Under the pieces are notes generated by a model. It was not told where the DNA came from, ran no database searches, and saw nothing but the letters and a program-made list of their open reading frames with translations. The translations under genes and the position numbers were made by a program. A stretch of 36,841 nucleotides of DNA, taken from positions 1 to 36,841 of the IMG/VR virus record IMGVR_UViG_3300037424_000507, one strand, 5' to 3'. Positions within the stretch are counted from its first letter, which is position 1. Each line of letters opens with the position of its first letter. Shown here one piece after another: positions 1 through 7,927 of this stretch. This DNA comes from a virus. Its lineage: Duplodnaviria; Caudoviricetes.

Positions 1-98
1 AAAGCGATCACTATAAATATGATCGCCGGTGCGAGCTGAGCGCCTGAGGTCAGGAATTGAATGGGATCGAATGAGAATTGCATTTTGTCCTCCGCTAG
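1..98. repeat. 98-bp exact direct repeat, copy 1 (5' end and RBS of the holin-like gene)
   Basis: Base-for-base match to 36151-36248; the copies diverge after ...tccgctag. Confidence 0.97.
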
Positions 99-100
99 GT

Positions 101-134
101 AAAACAAAAAGACCGATGTCGAATGACATCGGTC
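101..134 (-). terminator. Intrinsic terminator in late leader (version A)
   Basis: Minus strand GACCGATGTC-attc-GACATCGGTC followed by TTTTTGTTTT. Confidence 0.85.
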
Positions 135-164
135 GGTAATCCGATTGTAGCGGAGATTATCCGC

Positions 165-401
165 TTAACCTGCCTTGATTGTAGCAGAAATACTCTTACC
201 GGTCAATCTATATAATAGCTTTTCCAGCTGCTTCTCACTGGACCAGAAGTGATACTCCGCACCGCAGCTGCAGATGCCGTGCGCGGAATACAGCTCCACG
301 TTCCCGATCTGGATCCACACCTGGCCTTCATGCTCGATATATTTCCCGATCAGCCGGTCACAAGATTGACAATTTACCGCATTAGTCTCGTTTTCGCTCA
401 T
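165..401 (-). CDS. Small Zn-ribbon protein (CxxC...CxC), Com-like putative late regulator, version A
   Basis: CQSCDRLIG...HGICSCGAEYHF; clear homolog of 36344-36673; AGGAGG RBS. Confidence 0.7.
   Translation of the reverse strand: MSENETNAVNCQSCDRLIGKYIEHEGQVWIQIGNVELYSAHGICSCGAEYHFWSSEKQLEKLLYRLTGKSISATIKAG
178..206 (-). promoter_or_regulatory. Sigma70-type late promoter (version A)
   Basis: TTGACC (206-201), 17-bp spacer ending TGc, TACAAT (183-178); same architecture at 36356-36384. Confidence 0.75.
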
Positions 402-419
402 TTATGATTTCCTCCTGAT

Positions 420-1349
420 TTAACCGAATATTGACCGGTGTGCTTGCTTTAGATCGTCTGCATAGATCTTTGCATATATCCGAGTAGATTTCGGATCCCT
501 ATGTCCCAGCAGGTCCTGCGCCAGCGCCAGATTGCCCGTCTCCGAAAGCACGCGGATAGCAAAGGCATGCCTGAAGTAATGCGGGCTCATCTTGCTAACA
601 TCTAGCCCAGCAAACTCGGCGATCTCATTGACGATATTGCGGGCAGTTGTGGTCGTCATGCGCTTTAGCCGTTTATTACCAGCGCCCTTATCGTGCCTCG
701 CAAATATCGGATCGGTGGGCATCCTGGAGCTGCGCCGGGCAGCCCAGTAATTTTCCAGCGCCAGCTTTGCTTGTGAGTTGAAAAATACATGCCTTTCCTT
801 GTCTCCTTTGCCTATTACAATCGCGGTCCTATTCTCAAGATCAATATCTTTGACATCAAGAGCAATCAATTCACTGATCCTGCAGCCTGTCGAAGCCAGC
901 ATCTCGAGCAAGGCAATATCGCGCTCCCGCTTGGGGGTGAAATCCTGGTGTGTATATACCGCTTCAAGCATTCTCTGAATATCACCCTTTTTTGGGAAGC
1001 GGGGCAGCTTCTCTTCGCGCTTTCGATGTGCGTGGTCGAAAGCCATTTTGTATCGAATGCCATCCAGGTAATCCATAAAAACTATGCCTTCAACTACTAA
1101 AAACTCTAAGAATGCTTTTGAAGCTGTTGCATAATAGCTGGCCGTCCCTTTTTTATATTTCCCAAACAGCCACATAATAAAATCAATAAAGTGCTGGATA
1201 TTTAATTTTTCGATAGGGTCTGTTGCTTTTATCTCACGCGTTCCAAGAAAAATAACAAAACTTTTTAAGCCAACACCATAACCATAGGTGGTTGTTTTGG
1301 CCAGGGAGAGGTTGTTCAGGCACTTTGAAATAGCCGTTTTAATATCCAT
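420..1349 (-). CDS. Tyrosine recombinase (XerC/D-like)
   Basis: TGCRISEL, GKGDKER, HYFRH, LLGH and TRIY give a complete R-K-H-R-H-Y catalytic set. Confidence 0.93.
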   Translation of the reverse strand: MDIKTAISKCLNNLSLAKTTTYGYGVGLKSFVIFLGTREIKATDPIEKLNIQHFIDFIMWLFGKYKKGTASYYATASKAFLEFLVVEGIVFMDYLDGIRYKMAFDHAHRKREEKLPRFPKKGDIQRMLEAVYTHQDFTPKRERDIALLEMLASTGCRISELIALDVKDIDLENRTAIVIGKGDKERHVFFNSQAKLALENYWAARRSSRMPTDPIFARHDKGAGNKRLKRMTTTTARNIVNEIAEFAGLDVSKMSPHYFRHAFAIRVLSETGNLALAQDLLGHRDPKSTRIYAKIYADDLKQAHRSIFG

Positions 1350-1386
1350 CCTGTATCCTTTTTATTGGTTTTATATTACTTCCAAA

Positions 1387-1566
1387 TCATAAACAATCGA
1401 CTAATCGATCGAAGTAAGCCGCATCGGCAATTTCTGTCTCCGACAACGGGATCTCGAACAGTCTCGTCGAGTAGATATCGATGATCCCGTCACCGAAGTC
1501 CGCAATCTCAAACTTTGACGGGCGCGTGTGTACGTGTGCATGGCGCGTGTGCGCGTGTGTGTGCAT
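1387..1566 (-). CDS. 59-aa hypothetical protein with His-rich N-terminus (below ORF-track cutoff)
   Basis: Manual translation MHTHAHTRHAHVHTRPSKFEIADFGDGIIDIYSTRLFEIPLSETEIADAAYFDRLVDCL; fills the gap in the operon. Confidence 0.4.
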   Translation of the reverse strand: MHTHAHTRHAHVHTRPSKFEIADFGDGIIDIYSTRLFEIPLSETEIADAAYFDRLVDCL

Positions 1567-1577
1567 GCAATCATCGG

Positions 1578-2195
1578 CTATTTCCTTTTTTTTTGCACAT
1601 GCACATCAGGCAGAGGAGGGGCCATCTGCGCAAAGTGACGGGTCAGCGCTTGCCCCTTCGCCGTAAGCCGTAAGCCCTGGTTGTGCGCCCGATCATCGTA
1701 CCAGCGGATCAGGCCGCGCCGTAAGAACTCATCCCTCAACTGCTCGTATTCAGCACGGGTCAAAGGGCGTCCAGGTCCGGCAAGGCTGGAATGTGAGAAG
1801 GTGCTGCCCTCCATCAGGGATCGGGAGACACCCACAAGGCGCTCAGGCTCCAGCGTTAAGTCAATAAACTCACCGGCGTGCCCGTCGATCTGGTCAACGA
1901 TAACGCGCACCTTTGGCAGCGGTGGCTCCAGTTCGGGTTCGCCTATAATGCCGTCGTTATTAAGGTCTACACCCAGCACACGCTCGATCAGGCGCCAGGA
2001 TCTCCCTAATAGCATCAGCCAGGAGATGATCATTGTGGCCGCCCAAACTGCGATGCCCCATTCCAAGTATTTCTCGGAACCTGCCAGCCATGCCAGGAGT
2101 GCTGCACCCGTGCCGAGGATAATCCCGGTCAAGAAGGTCTGCACCGCTGGGATAAGTACTTCACTTTCAAACGTTCTGGTACTGGTCTCGCTCAC
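1578..2195 (-). CDS. Membrane protein (2 TM helices, DLNNDG motif, possible C-terminal winged helix)
   Basis: Two hydrophobic segments, DLNNDGIIG, C-terminal LRLTAKG. Confidence 0.65.
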   Translation of the reverse strand: MSETSTRTFESEVLIPAVQTFLTGIILGTGAALLAWLAGSEKYLEWGIAVWAATMIISWLMLLGRSWRLIERVLGVDLNNDGIIGEPELEPPLPKVRVIVDQIDGHAGEFIDLTLEPERLVGVSRSLMEGSTFSHSSLAGPGRPLTRAEYEQLRDEFLRRGLIRWYDDRAHNQGLRLTAKGQALTRHFAQMAPPLPDVHVQKKRK

Positions 2196-2222
2196 GAAAA
2201 ACTAAATGTCCTTAATTGCAGC

Positions 2223-2501
2223 TTAATCTTCCGTGGATTCCAAGGTGAGAATTTCCACGCTTCTTTTTCCTTCACCCATGAATTTCACAAGGAGTACTTT
2301 CTTTCCTTCCAGCTCATATACCCTTACAGGTATGTTTCCTCCAACATTGGATGTTAGTTTTTGAGTTACAGCATCTAATATTCGCTTAAGAGAGAATATT
2401 TCTCCATTTATTCGGTCAATCTCTTTTTCCTTTTTATCAATCTCACCTTGTAGTTTTGCATATTCCCGCGCAAGCTCTTGTCTATTCATTCTGTCAATGT
2501 C
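2223..2501 (-). CDS. Hypothetical coiled-coil protein
   Basis: Heptad-rich ORF coupled in the operon; start approximate. Confidence 0.55.
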   Translation of the reverse strand, partial: DIDRMNRQELAREYAKLQGEIDKKEKEIDRINGEIFSLKRILDAVTQKLTSNVGGNIPVRVYELEGKKVLLVKFMGEGKRSVEILTLESTED

Positions 2502-2709
2502 CATTATTAACTCCAATTCCTAAAACCGGTGTCAGCCAATTTTCATCCATCCAGGCCGTTCGACTATTTAAATTCATTACCTGGTAGCGGTATTCATCTC
2601 CGATCTTCTTCACTTCTAAGATAGCAACTCGATCACCTGCAATCATGCCAGCCTCTGGGCGACTAACAGAAACTTCAACAATTTGGAAATTTTCATATTT
2701 CGGTTTCAT
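2494..2709 (-). CDS. Hypothetical protein (small beta-barrel-like)
   Basis: Overlaps both neighbours; GGAGG RBS. Confidence 0.55.
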   Translation of the reverse strand: MKPKYENFQIVEVSVSRPEAGMIAGDRVAILEVKKIGDEYRYQVMNLNSRTAWMDENWLTPVLGIGVNNGH

Positions 2710-2920
2710 GATTATGCATCCACCTCCCTACCTTATAGATCAGCTCAAGCGCCCCTACCGGACCTAGCCCGTTGCAGTTCTGGGAAAGCGTGCGCATCAA
2801 TTCGATGATCTCTTCCTGCTCACACTTGGGCAGCGATATGAAGTGTGCATAGATCTCCGGGATCTTCACCCTATGCTGCTTGAGCGTGCTGCGGATGTTA
2901 GAGGTAGTGTAGAAGGGCAT
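2693..2920 (-). CDS. Hypothetical protein
   Basis: ATG at 2920 overlaps the PolX stop (TGATG). Confidence 0.5.
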   Translation of the reverse strand: MPFYTTSNIRSTLKQHRVKIPEIYAHFISLPKCEQEEIIELMRTLSQNCNGLGPVGALELIYKVGRWMHNHETEI

Positions 2921-3411
2921 CAGGGCGCCTTCCTCTCCCACGGCTCGAGCAGGCCGAGGCCCAGGAAACTTAAGAAATCGATCTCCTCGGGCATCGGCAC
3001 GATCTGTTCCTTCACCCAAACAGCGCCTGAATTGACCATCGCAAACTTCGGCAGCCTGCCACCAAGCGCACGTCTTGTAACACACCAGGTCGAAAATTCG
3101 GCAGGACCCGTTCGCAAAGTAAAGATGACGCCGAACTGCGCCGGAGGAGTTACCAGAAATAAATCTAAGTTAATCCCTTCCGGAAGCGCATACTGCTGAT
3201 ATTTGGATCCACCTTTGAGCCTCCTGGAGCCACTTTCCCACTCGAGCTTGAATTGCATGTTTACGGCATCCGTGGGAATAGCGACCAATTCGATGTCATG
3301 CACCTCTGGCTTTTTCCTGCGCACAGAGCCAGCAACTTCGATCCTAGAGCAGTATGGCCGCAGCAGCTCCACGTAGCGGGTGGCGATGGTCTCAGCTTGT
3401 TCTAAGATCAT
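2920..3411 (-). CDS. Minimal family X DNA polymerase / Pol beta-like nucleotidyltransferase
   Basis: AGSVRRKK..HDIELV, NLDLF, RTGPAEF and EEIDFLSFLGL..PWER motifs. Confidence 0.82.
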   Translation of the reverse strand: MILEQAETIATRYVELLRPYCSRIEVAGSVRRKKPEVHDIELVAIPTDAVNMQFKLEWESGSRRLKGGSKYQQYALPEGINLDLFLVTPPAQFGVIFTLRTGPAEFSTWCVTRRALGGRLPKFAMVNSGAVWVKEQIVPMPEEIDFLSFLGLGLLEPWERKAP

Positions 3412-3426
3412 AAATAATCCCTTTCG

Positions 3427-3978
3427 TCAAGAATTCAACGCTCTCACACATGCGGATATATACTGGTTCCCAGGTATTACACGCTCCATCACGATTACCG
3501 AACAAGCTACCCAGGCGCTGCAGTATGGACAATGAGGATTGGCGTACCCGCCATTCCATTTCTCACCATTGAAATCTCTCAGGCAGTTCCAGCATTTGAA
3601 TACTTTTCTTGAATCCGAATAATCAACTTCTGGATCAAAGGTGTATGGTCGCATGCGCGCATCGTCATCAATGCTTCTGGGATTATCCAGGAAGCTGGTC
3701 TGATAGGTGAGCTTATTCTTCTCGATCAGGAATATCTCATCGCCCGTATCGGTAAACCAGCGATTTCCTTCTTGGTGAATATTATTAATTCCTGACCTGC
3801 CTGATACTAAAGATATTACCGGATAGGGCCATATCGTCACATGATAGTGAGCGCCATTAAATGGCATCCACCACCAATATGGCCCCCAAATCGAGCTGAT
3901 TACATAAGGGCCTGTGCCGTAGGATGTTCGAATCACATCCCCGATTGCAAACCCTAATGCTTCCTTTCGATGGACCAT
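3427..3978 (-). CDS. Hypothetical protein with C-terminal Zn finger
   Basis: CWNC...CPYC. Confidence 0.55.
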   Translation of the reverse strand: MVHRKEALGFAIGDVIRTSYGTGPYVISSIWGPYWWWMPFNGAHYHVTIWPYPVISLVSGRSGINNIHQEGNRWFTDTGDEIFLIEKNKLTYQTSFLDNPRSIDDDARMRPYTFDPEVDYSDSRKVFKCWNCLRDFNGEKWNGGYANPHCPYCSAWVACSVIVMERVIPGNQYISACVRALNS

Positions 3979-3980
3979 GC

Positions 3981-4271
3981 TTATCCCCTTGCCTCCAATA
4001 GCCACTCCGGATCCACACCGAACCCGTGGCACACCGGGCACGCCACCGCATCAGTACCGGCGCTCACGATAAGAGCACCGTGGCCAGCGCATCGGCTGCA
4101 GGGATGATCTCGCTTCTGCTCGATCACAGCCAGCGTGCCGGCCAGCATTCTGGACCGCTCCAGCTCGCTGAGCATGCCGCAGCCGTCGGGATAGATACGA
4201 TCAGCAATCTGGCAGCACCCTTCGAAGAAGGCAAAGGCGATAGTCTTAATTAGCACTGACAGCTGTTTCAT
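3981..4271 (-). CDS. Hypothetical protein with DnaJ-like CxxCxGxG motifs
   Basis: CSRCAGHG...CPVCHGFG. Confidence 0.6.
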   Translation of the reverse strand: MKQLSVLIKTIAFAFFEGCCQIADRIYPDGCGMLSELERSRMLAGTLAVIEQKRDHPCSRCAGHGALIVSAGTDAVACPVCHGFGVDPEWLLEARG

Positions 4272-4461
4272 GGCCATTTCTACAAAACTCACAATCCTGA
4301 ATATGATTCCTCAGCCTCCATAGCGCCCGCTGGTATTTATAGTCACCTTGCTGATCGCAGATCGCCATCTTGGACCGCTCGTCGAGATAAGGTGGGTGGA
4401 CGAGCTGCAGGCAGACCGCGTACCACTCACGACGCAGCTGGTCTGCGATAATACACATCAT
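4246..4461 (-). CDS. Hypothetical protein
   Basis: Coupled to the initiator stop; HxxxCxxC at C-terminus. Confidence 0.5.
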   Translation of the reverse strand: MMCIIADQLRREWYAVCLQLVHPPYLDERSKMAICDQQGDYKYQRALWRLRNHIQDCEFCRNGHETAVSAN

Positions 4462-5267
4462 CAAAGGCGCTCCCACTCTGCATAACGTACCAGATCTTCA
4501 GGACTGTTGCGCAGGTCTGGCTTCCCCCGGCCAGCGCCATTGGTAGGCTTGCGGCGGCTAGCACCGGCCAAAGGACCGGCCGTGCCTTGGCCGGCCGCAC
4601 CTGCCGGCTTTCCGCGCCCGTTGTCTTTGCCTTCAGCCTCCCAGCGATTTAAGATGGCCGTAAAGTATGCCAGGCTGCGCTTGTTCTGCTCGACAGAGAT
4701 GATCATTGCATCGATGATCCAGTCCCTGGGATATCGGTCCAGTAATTCCAGGATCTTCTCTCGAGTTGTCTCTGTAATTTCTCCAATATTCTCATGGTAG
4801 TGAGAAAAAACAGCCGCAGCAGCCGCTTTCTTCTCTGCTTCTTCTTCTAACTCTTTATCTATATCTACTTCTATATCTATCTCTTTATCTTCTTCTGCGG
4901 AACGTTTCGTTTCATCTCCGTTTCGATCTCGTTTCATCTGTGTTTCCCGTTCTCGGAAGCGACGCACGCGCTCAGTGTTGCTCACATGCGCCTGACGCTC
5001 TTTAAATTTGGTGACCATCCAGCCCAGCTCGGTCTCGGTCACTATCCCGATTTCTGCTAAGGTCCGTAGGTTCTCACAGAGCCTGTTTTCTTCGACCCTG
5101 AGCCTCCACGCCATATCAGCCACGGGCGGCAGTGTACCGTCTCTACCGTGATCACCAGCCAAAAGAAAGAGCTCAACCACGCGCCGCCAGAGATAGTCCG
5201 GCAGCCTGGCCATCTTGGGATCGTCCAGGATCTCGTGGTAGAGTTTGATGAAATAGAAGGAAGTCAT
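4461..5267 (-). CDS. Phage replication initiator (replisome-organizer N-terminus + DnaD domain)
   Basis: FIKLYHEILDDPK N-terminus, ERVRRFRER, SLAYFTAILNRW (DnaD YxxxILxxW). Confidence 0.85.
   Translation of the reverse strand: MTSFYFIKLYHEILDDPKMARLPDYLWRRVVELFLLAGDHGRDGTLPPVADMAWRLRVEENRLCENLRTLAEIGIVTETELGWMVTKFKERQAHVSNTERVRRFRERETQMKRDRNGDETKRSAEEDKEIDIEVDIDKELEEEAEKKAAAAAVFSHYHENIGEITETTREKILELLDRYPRDWIIDAMIISVEQNKRSLAYFTAILNRWEAEGKDNGRGKPAGAAGQGTAGPLAGASRRKPTNGAGRGKPDLRNSPEDLVRYAEWERL
4844..4955. repeat. Iteron-like CGTTTC(AT) repeats plus AT-rich tract; putative origin inside the initiator gene
   Basis: cgtttcatct / cgtttcgatct / cgtttcatct at ~4908-4939 next to a tct/tat-rich tract. 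Confidence 0.5.
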
Positions 5268-5272
5268 CTCAA

Positions 5273-5521
5273 TTATTTAAATATCTGTCTCTTATCTTCA
5301 CCGACCAGGTGCTGAGCCGCCAACTTACAGCGCACTGCCAGCGCTTCTCGGTGCGCACCAACACGGCGCAGCACGCCCTTGTAGATGTCCTGCGGCGTGG
5401 CGCCTGCATGCACTTCCTCGGCGATCGCATCTGCCCAGATCGGCGCCTGCTCTTCGAGCCACTGCCAGGCTTCCTCCGAGGCGGCTTTGTCTATGTGTGG
5501 TAGATCTCGTAAGATAGTCAT
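5273..5521 (-). CDS. Hypothetical protein
   Basis: GGAGG RBS before ATG 5521. Confidence 0.6.
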   Translation of the reverse strand: MTILRDLPHIDKAASEEAWQWLEEQAPIWADAIAEEVHAGATPQDIYKGVLRRVGAHREALAVRCKLAAQHLVGEDKRQIFK

Positions 5522-5522
5522 G

Positions 5523-6023
5523 TCATTCCTCCAATAATGAAATAACTTTATGAGCCAGGTTTTCCCTTGCCCATTTAAACGGGATAATAAGGCCGTATGT
5601 GTTATATCCATTATTTTGATTGTGGCTTGTAGAGACTTCCTTATATCTGAGTTTGAGCTTATCGATTATTTGTCTTAGCCCGTCTGGTCTGAATAGAAGA
5701 AGGCAATTATTCAAAATGGTTGCATAAATTAAAATATCTGCTTTGCATGTATAGACCCAGCCTAATTTATAATTATTTGGATCATCAACTGAAATTGTTT
5801 CAATGAATATATTTCCTGTATAAAATGTTTGAATGCCAGATTTATATTCAATAAATAAACTTGTATCCTTCCAAGTAAATTGTCGGTCGCCAAGACACAA
5901 AACTCTTTCTTCATGATCAGTAGTCTGGCGAATTTGATAACCCCTCTGACGGAAATATCCATCCAGAAAAGCTTCTACATCTTTGCCATTTTTATATTGA
6001 GTAAGCTGGGTAAAATTACTCAT
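5523..6023 (-). CDS. PD-(D/E)XK nuclease-fold protein
   Basis: GxxxE...GD...IEYK...GNIFIE; ATGA overlap with the MTase; AT-rich. Confidence 0.6.
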   Translation of the reverse strand: MSNFTQLTQYKNGKDVEAFLDGYFRQRGYQIRQTTDHEERVLCLGDRQFTWKDTSLFIEYKSGIQTFYTGNIFIETISVDDPNNYKLGWVYTCKADILIYATILNNCLLLFRPDGLRQIIDKLKLRYKEVSTSHNQNNGYNTYGLIIPFKWARENLAHKVISLLEE

Positions 6024-7012
6024 GACTTTTTTAGTTTTCCAAATATTACCTTCTGGGGTAGAACATGCCAGGTAAACCATGCTGTTGCGAATTGAGCTCC
6101 GGCGGCATCCCAACCCTTCAAAGGCATCTTGAAATCAACCCTTTTGTCAAGAAGAAGAATTTCAAAGCCGTTTCGTTCAAAGAGATCTTGCGCTGTCTTC
6201 GTGCCGATAACTTCTACAGGAAGCAATAAGGCAAACGGCTTGCCTAATTGATAGCAGCGCTCAAGCCAGGGAAATTTGATGCTGAATGGGGGATTAGTTA
6301 CCAAACAATCCCAATGTTCGGGCTCGAATTCGAAGAAGTTCTCACCAGTGAGAATGTCTGAAGATACAACTTTGAAATTGCAGTCCCATAAGGCGTCCAC
6401 CAGCATGCATTCGCCGGCAGCTGGCTCCCAGATGGTTTGATATCCGTTTAAATAAAGATATGGAATGAGTGGATCTATTGCATAAGCCGGCGTCTGGCAG
6501 GCATCCATGCCTTGGGGAGTGTAGATATCCTGTTCGATGGAGCTGCGCTCATCTCGCTTGTAGTCATAACGGGCTTGTTTATAAATGCCTGTGGTTGTGA
6601 TTTCTAACTTTTCTTCGAGTGTCTTTTGGATAGTGCGCTCGAAATTATCTGCCGGCATCCTTGCGATCGTCTGCCAGACATGGGCGTCTCGTGGAGTGAT
6701 ACCTATTTCTGCATAGGTGGGAGTTTGTGCGCTTACAGCTTGTAAGCGCACAATAGGTGCCCCTTGTCCACCAGGATTTCCTTTAGCTCCCTTTGCTTTC
6801 TCCATTCCATCCAGGATCTCGCCGGCGCGCCGTTGTGCTCGCACTTTGATTTCAGCAGCATGGTTCTGTGCTTCCAACCCAAGCTCGACTTGGCGAGCAT
6901 AGATGCGTGCAGCTTCAGCCAGGTTGATCAGGTCTTTGGCGTCATCAATGGAGCTTATTTCTGCCAACATCTTTGTTGCTAAATCGAGCTTGATAATATT
7001 GTTATTTTCCAT
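6020..7012 (-). CDS. Amino (N6-adenine) DNA methyltransferase with helical N-terminal domain
   Basis: TP.YAI..L, WEPAAG (SAM binding), VTNPPFS (catalytic). Confidence 0.85.
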   Translation of the reverse strand: MENNNIIKLDLATKMLAEISSIDDAKDLINLAEAARIYARQVELGLEAQNHAAEIKVRAQRRAGEILDGMEKAKGAKGNPGGQGAPIVRLQAVSAQTPTYAEIGITPRDAHVWQTIARMPADNFERTIQKTLEEKLEITTTGIYKQARYDYKRDERSSIEQDIYTPQGMDACQTPAYAIDPLIPYLYLNGYQTIWEPAAGECMLVDALWDCNFKVVSSDILTGENFFEFEPEHWDCLVTNPPFSIKFPWLERCYQLGKPFALLLPVEVIGTKTAQDLFERNGFEILLLDKRVDFKMPLKGWDAAGAQFATAWFTWHVLPQKVIFGKLKKS

Positions 7013-7030
7013 TCTGAGATGAGAGAGAAA

Positions 7031-7927
7031 CTATTCTTTACGATCACCTATCAGCCTGGCGAGAAAGCCTACCAGAGGGCATTCGCCACATACCTTTGGA
7101 TCTGCAAACTCGACCAGCGGGCAGGTATTGCACACGTCAGCGGCATGCGCCCTTACCTCCGGCCAGATCTTTATATCGGGCTCGACGATCCTGCGCTTAT
7201 GCGTGCGTAGCTTGAACTTGGCAAATCTAAAAGATGGTATCTTTTCACCTTCCAGATCTGCGTATCTTTCCTGCTTCGAAGGCCGTCTGTAGACCAGCGG
7301 ATGCTCAGTGATCTTTCTGCATGTGCTTATGATGTAGCTGGCTGGGGTCATTCGTAGAGCAAACCCGCGTGCTAGCGAGACGCGCCGGTCATCCGGCAGG
7401 CTCAGCAAGCCGTATATCACCGCCTGGTCCAACGGCAGCTTCTTCTTGGCATACAGCTCCTGGATCTCGGGCTCGAACTCCAGCAGCTTCAGCCTGAAAT
7501 TGACCGTCGTTGGGCTCACTCCTACCAGCCTGGCGATCTCTTCCACCGGGATCTCAGCGCTCAGCTTTTTATACGCCTTTGCCTCTTCGACCGGATCCAT
7601 ATCCTGCCGCTGCAGGTTGGCCACCACCGCCAGCAGAAGGCGTTCTTTTTCGCCGGCACCGTTGGCGGACGGCCGCACGCTGGCCTCAATCTCGGTCAGC
7701 CCGGCCAGCCTGGCAGCCCGCCAGCGCCGCTCGCCGTCGATCAGGATGTAGTAGCCTCCCTCACCCTGCTCCACAGCGATCGGGTTGATCAGGCCATGTT
7801 CCAGGATGCTGTCCGACAGGGCCAGCAGCTCCGTCTCGTCGATCGCCGTGCGTGGCTGTTGCGGGTTGGGCAGGATGCGGTCGATGGGGATCTTGTCCAG
7901 CCGTTTGCTGGGCTGGATTTTATTCAT
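7031..7927 (-). CDS. ParB/Spo0J-family protein
   Basis: PNPQQPR, LSDSILEHGLINPI, IDGERRWRAA, NLQRQDM..EEA, then HTH. Confidence 0.9.
   Translation of the reverse strand: MNKIQPSKRLDKIPIDRILPNPQQPRTAIDETELLALSDSILEHGLINPIAVEQGEGGYYILIDGERRWRAARLAGLTEIEASVRPSANGAGEKERLLLAVVANLQRQDMDPVEEAKAYKKLSAEIPVEEIARLVGVSPTTVNFRLKLLEFEPEIQELYAKKKLPLDQAVIYGLLSLPDDRRVSLARGFALRMTPASYIISTCRKITEHPLVYRRPSKQERYADLEGEKIPSFRFAKFKLRTHKRRIVEPDIKIWPEVRAHAADVCNTCPLVEFADPKVCGECPLVGFLARLIGDRKE

Noticed and set aside
1-98. Repeat as attL/attR or physical terminal repeat
   Set aside because: It lies within the holin-like gene, far from the integrase, with phage genes on both sides; the terminase type suggests cos ends.
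99-170. c-di-GMP-I riboswitch in the late leader
   Set aside because: No GCAAA/GNRA tetraloop-receptor or P1-P2 consensus, and the leader is too short.
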